The notes beneath the pieces were generated by a model. That model saw only the letters and a program-made list of their open reading frames with translations, was not told the DNA's origin and did not search any database. This document shows, one piece after another, positions 52,568 to 64,000 of a DNA stretch of 64,000 bases. Source of the stretch: the human T2T-CHM13v2.0 reference genome, Homo sapiens; assembly GCF_009914755.1 (NCBI RefSeq), contig NC_060926.1. The stretch is one strand, 5' to 3'. The translations under genes were made by a program, and so were the position numbers. The first letter of the stretch is position 1; the number at the start of each line of letters is the position of its first letter.

Positions 52568-53215
52568 TATCTAAATGATAATATTCTTCCCTCAGACCTG
52601 AAATCCTCTCACTTAGTGAGGAAGCCTGTTTCATACTGAGTAACTCGACTATTAAAACTGTTAAAACATGAGTTGGCAGCTTTAGGGCAGATACTACCTT
52701 ATTAAAGTTTTCTTCAGAAAGATGGATGTGCAGTATTAGATACAAATCAGCAGTTAGCTCTATGAAGAAACTTAAACTAATATCATGTTACCATGTTTTC
52801 TTCACAGGGTATACTTACCATTACTAAAATGTTGGAATTTCATTAAAATCAGTGGTAGATTACTTGAGGTGGAGTTTAGCTTATTTATATTCACTTAAAA
52901 GCTTAAACTATTCACTCAGAAGATAACCTGAAATAACTCTCATTACATCTTTCATTACTTCTCAAATGTTTCCACTGAAATATCCCTAGCACAAATTGGA
53001 AGAATTTTGTTCTATTTGCAATATTGTAGGTCCAGGTTTTACTGGCAGAAGAGGCCATAAACATATACCTGATATAAGTGCTCAATGTATTAGTTAAAAA
53101 GAACTGAACAGAAAAAAAGCAGAAACAGGTTATGTGTGCATGGGTTTCCCTTTGCCCTTCCACTGATGCTGATGACACTCTCCGTACAGGGAGGGTCTTC
53201 AAGAGCTGGTAAGAA

Positions 53216-53283
53216 ACTAAAGCCTAGGTATTCCACTGCCCTTTTATACACTAAAGCCGAGGTATTCCACTGCCCTTTTATAC
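53216..53283. repeat. 34-bp tandem duplication
   Basis: actaaagcc(t/g)aggtattccactgcccttttatac twice, one mismatch. Confidence 0.9.
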
Positions 53284-54418
53284 TAGCACTTGCATTAGAA
53301 TTCCAGAAGGGCCTATTACTAGGTAGGCAAAGCAAACATAAATAATATACAGGTAATGCTGGCTACCAACTCTAAAATTTTAAGTCATTTCTATTGACTG
53401 AACTCTTTAGTCCCAGTTACAGCAATATTTTTAAAACTTCGGGTCATAACCCATTCAAGGTCATGAAATCCACATAGTAGAATCATAAAAAAATGAAATA
53501 TTCTGGGTCACTCTCAGAGATATTTGAAAAACACATATATATTTGGTTTCCCAGTAATGTATGGTTTCTACAGGGAAGCACAGAAGGATTTTACAATCCC
53601 TAATCATACTAGCTGCTATATTAAAATGATTACTACTATATAAATATATAAACTACTATTTATACATATAAGTACATTTATATAAACATACACACTCACA
53701 TATACATGCACATACTACTACTACTACACTAGCAGAATTCAGGCTTTCTGTACACAATTCACTGATGAGAGCAGCTGTACAAAATTCTAAGAATTCCTCT
53801 AGGGCTCAGTGGCATATACTCTTAACCTTCCAGTCTATGACAAAGAAATATGGAGTATTTAATTTGGCTGGGCACCTGGAATGCCACCTAAATACTAGTC
53901 TTTTATTCTATATACTCAACTAATTAAAGATACATCAAAGTTATTTCACCCAGATGCTCTAAGTGATAATTATACAAACTTTAACCATTTATGAAAACAT
54001 CTGATGTTCAACCTTTCAGAAAGCATTTGCCACACCATGAAGCATGCTAGGCGCTCAGGATATAATGAATAAGTCAATTAGGTCAAATACACTACCTCAA
54101 GGGTTTATACTCTAGTAGGTTGGAGCAATAGTGGACCTAATCAATGCTGAGTTAAACAGATTCTTACTAGTAAGAAATTGAGCTAAGTGATAGTACCTGG
54201 GTACTAGGCATTAGAAGATGGTATTATATAAATTTAGGAAATGGGGTGGCCTTTTCAGGGGCCATATGTGTAGATGAGCAAACAAATTAAGAAAATAAGT
54301 AAGATATGCAGTTGGAAGATATTATATTTATTCTTAATTTTGTTAATAATTAGGGATATCTATATTAAAAGTTATGCATTTTCTCATGCTCCAAAAAATA
54401 TAAAAACATTTAATATGA

Positions 54419-54775
<357 letters not shown>

Positions 54776-54977
54776 TTAATTATAGATTTAGAATAGTTTT
54801 TATAATATATAGGACATTATATAATTTTAATTATTTGCTAATTATCAAATTTATGATTCATCTTTACTTATAAATTTTAGTATCTACAAAGACCACATGG
54901 TAGTGTTGGAGTAAAATAGGAGAAACAGATATGAGTATCTAAAACTATATATACATTTTAATCGAAGAAGAAATACT

Positions 54978-55271
54978 TTTTTTTTTTTTTGAGACAGAGT
55001 CTCGCTCTGTTGCCCAGGCTGCAGTGCAGTGGGTCATTCGGCTCACTGGAAGCTCTGCCTCCCGGGTTCTCACCATTCTCCTGCCTCAGCCTCCCAAGGA
55101 CCTGGGACTACAGGCATGCATCATCCCGCCCAGCCAATTTTTTTTTTGTATTTTAGTAAAGATGGGGTTTCACGTGTTAGCCAGGATGGTCTCGATCTCC
55201 TGACCTCATGATCCGCCTGCCTCGGCCTCCCAAAGTGCTGGGATTACAGGCATGAGCCACCGCGCCCAGCC
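54978..55271 (-). mobile_element. AluY/Sc
   Basis: gtgttagccaggatggtctcgatctcctgacctc; agaagaaatacttt on both flanks. Confidence 0.9.
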
Positions 55272-55297
55272 AGAAGAAATACTTTTTAAAAAATTAG

Positions 55298-56019
<722 letters not shown>

Positions 56020-58206
56020 GCTACCATAGTTAAAGAAGAGAATTTTGAGAATTCTGATAAAAATTCAAGAAAAAATTGTTACACATTAAGGATTTATTCC
56101 TTTTTTGCCTCTTGTGTTGAAATAGGTGGTGTATTATTTATTTAACAACTATTTTTGAGCATTAACTACAAATCTCTATGCTGGTTTAGTCGTTAGAAAA
56201 TAAAGATAAAATCATAGTCCTTACCTTATAAAAGTTCATCATTTAATAATTCTCACTACTCAATTTTCTCTAAATTTCTTTTCATTTAATACTGTTATCT
56301 CCATAATTCAACCTAAATCTCAATTACTATAATTTTTTTATTTTTCTGATAAACAGAAATGTATGTGCTCACTTCACTAAATTCGGAGTAGTGAGAGGGG
56401 TACAAAGGAGATGCAAACACAAAGATTTTGGAGACAGGCAGTTTCACTCATGAACTACCAGGAAGAAAAAAGATCTTTTGCCTTGATGTAATTTTTAAAT
56501 GATGACAGTTTTCATAAAAGTTCCACCCTCCACCTCCATCCAGGAAGTAGGAAGGTCCATGACTCATTATGCTTTCCCTGTGCTTGACTCAGGCTTCCTC
56601 TTTACAGACTGCCTAATTCAGCAGATAGGACTTCCTGATGTTGAGGAAATCCTTGTCTCTTAACAGTGGGCCACATGGTCCCATTCCTGTGGTCAAAGCT
56701 GTCTGAAACAGATATAACCCAAGGAGACAAGAGTTGGCCAGAAATCTATGTGTCAGTGGTCTCTAAAAGATTCTATACTCTAATCAGATTCTTTCTGATA
56801 TAAACATTTTCAATGATAGAAACAGGGAAAGTGGTTGCTGAGATTAAGAGATCCTTAAGGCTGGGGGCCTAAGTATACAAGTTTAAAAAAGTGGGTTGGA
56901 AAAAAATAATGGAAGAGTAAATGTACAGAGAAGTTGAGTGGCCTTGAGAGAGAGAGAAGATACTCTTCTGTTACTGTTCCCTGCCAACGAAAGAGCCTAG
57001 TAGAAAACTTCCTAACAAATATGATGCTTGTCTTTTCTCATGTTCACTCATGCTACTTACACCACTGAGACATATTCTGGTTTTCACTTCCAATAATCCA
57101 AACAATATACTCCTTTAAATATACGCCCTAGTGTTCCTTTATCCATAAAGCTGGATGTGACTAACCTTGGGTCCCAACTTCCCATCTTTGAATTATGGAG
57201 CACTTTAGCTTCTACCCAGGAAGCTGCTAATTGCATGACTTTTTTACAGCTCTGTATTTGTTTTATGAATACACTGTATTATTCAGCACACAACTAGTAT
57301 GTCTGTTGAGCTTTGGTTGCTGAATCAGTACAATGAAACTAATTATGCTTACTTCAAAGAGTTATAAAGAGAGGGCCTAGTACACTTCCTGCCAGGTATT
57401 TTGTTCTTACGTGTTTGGCCAGGAGAATACAAAGAAGAAAATATTTTCTTTAAACTTATGATATAAGGGTAAAAAAAAGCTCAATAAAAGTCAACATTAT
57501 TTATTTTATAAGTTAAATGTAAGCAAACATGTTGAAATGTCAAGATAATTTTCAATTCCAAGCCGATTTAGTTCACAGGTAAACCTAAAGAGGTGTTCAA
57601 GAGTATATTAGGCGATCCCCTGTCAATCTAGCTTTCAAAAATGCCATCTTTACCTTAGCTTTAGATAATAGTATAATTTGAAATTTTGTTTTAGATAATA
57701 GTGACATTTTTATTTTAGTTCTTAGATAACTAAAATAGTAAAACTGCTTTTCCCTGAGAAGTTAATATGTAATTTTATAACCTTCATTATACACAAAATT
57801 AATTTTGTTCAGACTATAACAGTGCATTTTTCAGTAATCTAGGGACCAAGTTTTCTCCTTTTGACATTAATAATCTCCAAATATACACAAAAAGTTATTA
57901 TTATAATTCCCCCTACCATTCTCTTAAGTATACCATTTGGTCAAATTATGTATTAACTTATTGTTTCAATTATGCTTCATCCATTTCCCTCATAATTTTT
58001 ATTATTTTCTGAATTGCATACACTTGTCCATGTCTTACTGTACTTACTGTATTGGCAATACCCAAATATTAACATAAATAACGTTGACTTTTATTAAGCT
58101 GTTTTTCTACCCATGTATCTTAAGTTGGAGAAAATATTTTCTTTCTGTATTCTCCTGGCCAAATACATAACAAAATACCTAACAGGAGGCATGCTACACC
58201 CTCTCT

Positions 58207-59705
58207 TTATTATTATTTTTTTCTTCTACTTTTAAGTTCAGGGGTACAGGTACAGGATGTGCAGGTTTGTTATACAGGTAAACACGTGCCATGGTGGTCT
58301 GCTGCACAGATCAACCCATCACCTAGGTATTAAGCCCAACATCCATTAGCTATTCTTCCTGATGCTCTCTCTCACCCCCGTCCCCGCCACTCCGACATGC
58401 ACCAGTGTGTGTATATCTCCTCTTTGTGTTCACATGTTCTCATTATTCAGTTCCACTTACACGTGAAAACATGCCATGTTTGATTTTCTGTTCTTGTGTT
58501 AGAATGCTCGGGATAATGGCTTCGAACTCCATCCATGTCCCTGCAAAGGACATGATCTCATTCCTTTTATGGCTGCATAGTATTCCATGGTGTATGTACC
58601 ACATTTTCTTTATCCAGTCTATCATTGATGGGCATTAAAGTTGAGTCCATATCTCTGCAATTCTGAATAGTGCTGCAATGAACATACACGTGTATGTATC
58701 TTTATACTAGAATGATTTATATTCCTATGGGTATACACCCAGTTATGGGATTGCTGGGTCAAATGGTATTTCAGCTTCTAGATCTTTGAGGAATCGCCAT
58801 ACTGTCTTCCACATGGCTGAACTAATTTACACTCCCATCAACAGTGTAAAAGCATTCCTTTTCCCCTGCAACCTCACCAGCATCTGTTGTTTTTGACTTT
58901 TTAATAATAGCCATTCTGATTGGTGTGAGATGGTATCTCGTTGCGGTTTTGATCAGCATTTCTCTAATGATCAGTGATGTTGAGCTTTTTTTCATATGTT
59001 TGTTGGCCACATGTATGTCTTCTTTTGAGAAGTGTCTGTTCATGTCCTTTGCCCACTTTTTGATGGGGTTGTTTGTTTCTTATAAATTTGTTTAAGTTCC
59101 TTGTAGACTCTGGATATTAGACCCTTGTCAGTTGGATAGATTACAAAGTTTTCTCCCATTTTGTAGGCTGTCTGTTCACTCTGATGATAGTTTCTTTTAC
59201 TGTGCAGAAGCTCTTTGGTTTAATTAGGTCCCATTTATCAGTATTTGCTTTTGTTGCAACTGCTTTTGGCATTTTCATCATAAAATCTTTGCCCATGCCT
59301 ATGTCCTGAATGGTACTACCTAGATTTTCTTCTAGGGTTTTTATAGTTTTGGGTTTTACATTTAAGTCTTTAATCCATCTTGAGTTAATTTTTGTATATG
59401 GTGTAAGAAGTGGATCCAGTTTCAGTTTTCTGCATATGGCTAGCCAGCTCTCCCAGCACCCTCTGTTAAATAGGGAGTCCTTTTCCCATTGCTTGTTTTT
59501 GTCAGGTTTCTTGAAGATCAGATGATTGTAGGTGTGTGATCTTATTTCTGAGTTCTCTATTCTGTTCTATTGATCTCTGTGTTTGTTCTTATACCTGCAC
59601 CATGCTGTTTTGGTTACTGTAGCCTTGTAGTATAGTTTGAAGTTGGGGAGCCTCCCGTGATGTTCTCTTTGAAGTGATGCCTCCAGCTTTGTTCTTTTTG
59701 CTTAT
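58207..59705 (-). mobile_element. L1PA (older primate, roughly PA8-13-like) 3' ~1.5 kb
   Basis: ttttaagttcaggggtaca..gtgcaggtttgtta..; ORF2 C-terminal fragments [16 protein letters not shown] and WIKKMWYI. Confidence 0.92.
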
Positions 59706-59873
59706 TGTATTGGCCTTCTCTTTATTATAATATTCCTAGTTTTTATATGGAAGAATGAAGACCCTCTGTGACAATGCTCAGAGAAAATAAATTCCTTCAT
59801 AGTACAAGGCCCTAAGTATACATCCTAAACATGTCTTAATATCACCTGCATTAAAATATGAAAACAGCTGGGA

Positions 59874-60590
<717 letters not shown>

Positions 60591-60939
60591 AAATTCATAT
60601 GCTGTACACATACACACACACTGTGTGTGTGTGTTTGTGTGTGAAAACATTCAATGGTTAAACACAGTGATATCATGAATAAAACTATGAGCCAAAAATT
60701 TTTTAGTATTTCTACAAAGTAAAACAAAGTACAAACTCAGTAATAAAATTATTCTAAAAATGACCATTACCATGATTTTACACTTTTTAAAGTATCCTTT
60801 ATAAACATAGTTTTCTGATTACTAAAATTAATGTAGTCTTATGATAAAACCATATATACCTAATTTAACCACAAAACTGTCTGTACTTTAAATGATCATC
60901 TAAATATTCTACTTCAAATGTTGAAAAGTTAAGAATATC

Positions 60940-61539
60940 TGAGTTCCTCAAAAGGCTAAACATTAAGAGTTACTGTATGACCCAGCAATTCAACTCTTAG
61001 GTAGAATTCTACTCCTATTCTTGGACATATAACCTAAAGAAATGAAAATATATGTCTATACAAAAACTGGTACCTGAATGTTCATAGCTATTGTTCATAA
61101 TAGCCCCAAAGCAAATAACCCAAATGGCTATCAACTGATGAATGAATAAATGTGGTATATCCATACAATGAAATATTATTCAACAATAAAAAGGAATAAA
61201 GTGATACATGAAGCAACATGGAAGAACCTTGAAAACACCGAGCTAAGTAAAAGAAGCCAGTCACAAATGACCATGGGTTACATGATTCCATTTAAATGAA
61301 ACATCCAGAAAAGGATACTCTGTAGAGACAGAAAATATAGAACTATGGGTAGGTTGGGGGAAAATGAAGAGTGACTGCTAATGGATATTGGGTCTCTTTG
61401 GGGGATTATGAAATGTTTTAACTGATTGTGGTGATGGTTGCACAACTCTGTGAATACACTAAAAACTGAATTGTATACTTTAAATGGACAAATTGTATGA
61501 TATATGAATTATATCTCCATAAAGCTGTTAAAAAAAAAA
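60940..61539 (+). mobile_element. L1MB/MC 3' end
   Basis: tatgacccagcaattcaactc..aatgtggtatatccatacaatg..ggttgcacaactctgtgaatacactaaaa..ataaagctgttaaaaa. Confidence 0.85.
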
Positions 61540-61836
61540 GGCTGGCAAGGTAATTTACACCTGCAGTCCCAGCACTTTAGGAGGCCTAGGTGAGAGGATC
61601 CCTTGAGCTCAGGAATTCAAGACCAGCCTGGGCAACATGGCAAGACTCCATCTCTCAAAAAGGAAAAAAAAAAAAAAAATTAGCCAAGCATGGTGGCACG
61701 TGCTTGTGGTCCCAGATTCTTGGGAGGCTGAGACAAGAGGACTGCCTGAGCCTGGGAGACTGAGGCTGCAGTTAGCTGTGATCGTGACACTGTACTCCAG
61801 CCTAGGCAATAGAGCAAGACCGTCTCCAAAATAAAA
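61540..61836 (+). mobile_element. AluJ-like
   Basis: Diverged sense dimer. Confidence 0.87.
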
Positions 61837-62199
61837 GAATATCTGCATCTCTCAATGGTACTCAATGACAGAATGCCATTTGACTTATTGAATTCTCTAT
61901 GGGAATTTTAAATTCAATATTCTTGATTCTAGACTCTATATCCAAGACCAAATGTAGAATGTCTCTAATATGATTTTTCATGTGCTATAATGAATGATAT
62001 GCTGAGACAGAAAATCAAGTCACATACTCTTACCAAACTCTCTCAGGTGCTCGTCCATTTAGTAATCTTGCACCTCCACATTACATATACTTTTTAAAAA
62101 CTTGGTAAAGCTATATTAATTCAGTTTGGGGACTAACAAGTTTATCCAATATTAAAAGTATATATATCTTCTCTCTATTCCCACCATCATCTTAATACA

Positions 62200-63075
<876 letters not shown>

Positions 63076-63326
63076 GATATCTGGCTTCTTCTGGCAAATC
63101 AGAAAATCTCTTCAAAAGTTCCCACAAAGTAGTGAATTGAATAAAATATGCCAAACATCTATATTTTGCTTTAATGTTTTCTGAATATACTGTAAACTTA
63201 GTAAGGCAAAAGCATAAATGTTGATTAGTATATTTATCCTAACATTAAATAAACATGACTTGCAAAGAATATTATACAAATTCTTCTGATAAGAGATGCA
63301 TGTTGGCACTTAGGCCTCTTAATTTT

Positions 63327-63494
63327 TTTTTTGTAATACTTCTTTATTTTATTTTTTTAATTTATTATTATTATACTTTAAGTTTTAGGGTACATGTGCA
63401 CAATGTGCAGGTTAGTTACATATGTATACATGTGCCATGCTGGTGTGCTGCACCCACTAACTCGTCATCTAGCATTAGGTATATCTCCCAATGG
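63327..63494 (-). mobile_element. Young L1PA (PA2/3-like) 3' tail, heavily 5'-truncated
   Basis: tatactttaagttttagggtacatgtgcacaatgtgcagg..cccactaactcgtcatctagcattagg; TSD ggcctcttaatttt at ~63313 and ~63493. Confidence 0.9.
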
Positions 63495-63529
63495 CCTCTT
63501 AATTTTAATAAAGTGTTGAAACCTTAAAA

Positions 63530-63700
63530 ATTTTTTTTAAGAGATGAGGGTCTTACCATGTTGCCCAGGCCCAAGTGCAGTGGATATTCACAGGCAGACC
63601 CTAGTGCACTTTAGCCTCTAACTCCTGGCCTCAAGCAATCCTCCTGCCTCAGCTTCCTGCGTAGTTGAGACTACAGGCACATAGCACTCTGTCCAGATTG
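63530..63700 (-). mobile_element. Old Alu monomer (FRAM/AluJ-like)
   Basis: gagatgagggtcttaccatgttgcccaggc..ctcaagcaatcctcctgcctcagc. Confidence 0.8.
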
Positions 63701-64000
63701 AACCTTAAAATTTAACTTGCCAACCAAGAAATCTATTTGTGCCAATAAACTCTGCTTTTCCATATTTATATCAAACTTCTCAAATTCACTAAAGGCAGGG
63801 AGTTAGGCACCACTAGTTTATTTGTGTAAGCTAATTTTATTTTACTAAAAACACATCAATACCTTGGGATTAATCCAGTCACATTTGGTTTATCAGTCCC
63901 ATATTGAATATCCTTCTCTCTTAAGACATATATTGGAATCTCATAAAAGGCAAATAGGGTTCTACTCAGCTTAAACCGTAAGATAATTTTTATATAAATA

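Noticed and set aside
58207-59705. Idea that this L1 3' piece is the missing end of the L1 at 31304-35433
   Set aside because: It lies on the wrong side for a minus-strand element, 23 kb away and beyond a BAZ2B exon; more simply a separate 5'-truncated insertion.

Overview
Primate (human-like) genomic DNA, AT-rich and dense in Alu/L1 repeats. The window covers part of BAZ2B on the minus strand: the ATG-containing exon (37793-37939) and the next three coding exons (12828-13016, 7458-7625, 5998-6191). These splice in frame with GT-AG boundaries to give the N-terminal 232 aa (MESGERLPSS...RVDKIKDK); the rest is intron. The introns hold a near full-length CAPZA1 processed pseudogene in the BAZ2B sense orientation, many Alus (two of the young Ya5 lineage), L1, L2, MIR, MaLR/ERVL LTRs and DNA-transposon fossils. 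The most unusual item is an old ~830-bp intronless copy of part of EFL1 (EFTUD1) at 3329-4161 whose coding order is circularly permuted. Downstream coding sequence comes first, a join resembling a back-splice follows, and the copy stops just short of where it began. It has no poly(A) and abuts an ERVL gag fragment and an ERVL-class LTR. This fits a circRNA-derived retro-pseudogene, possibly made by ERV machinery. Gene and repeat identities come from recognising sequence from memory, not from database searches; repeat boundaries are approximate.
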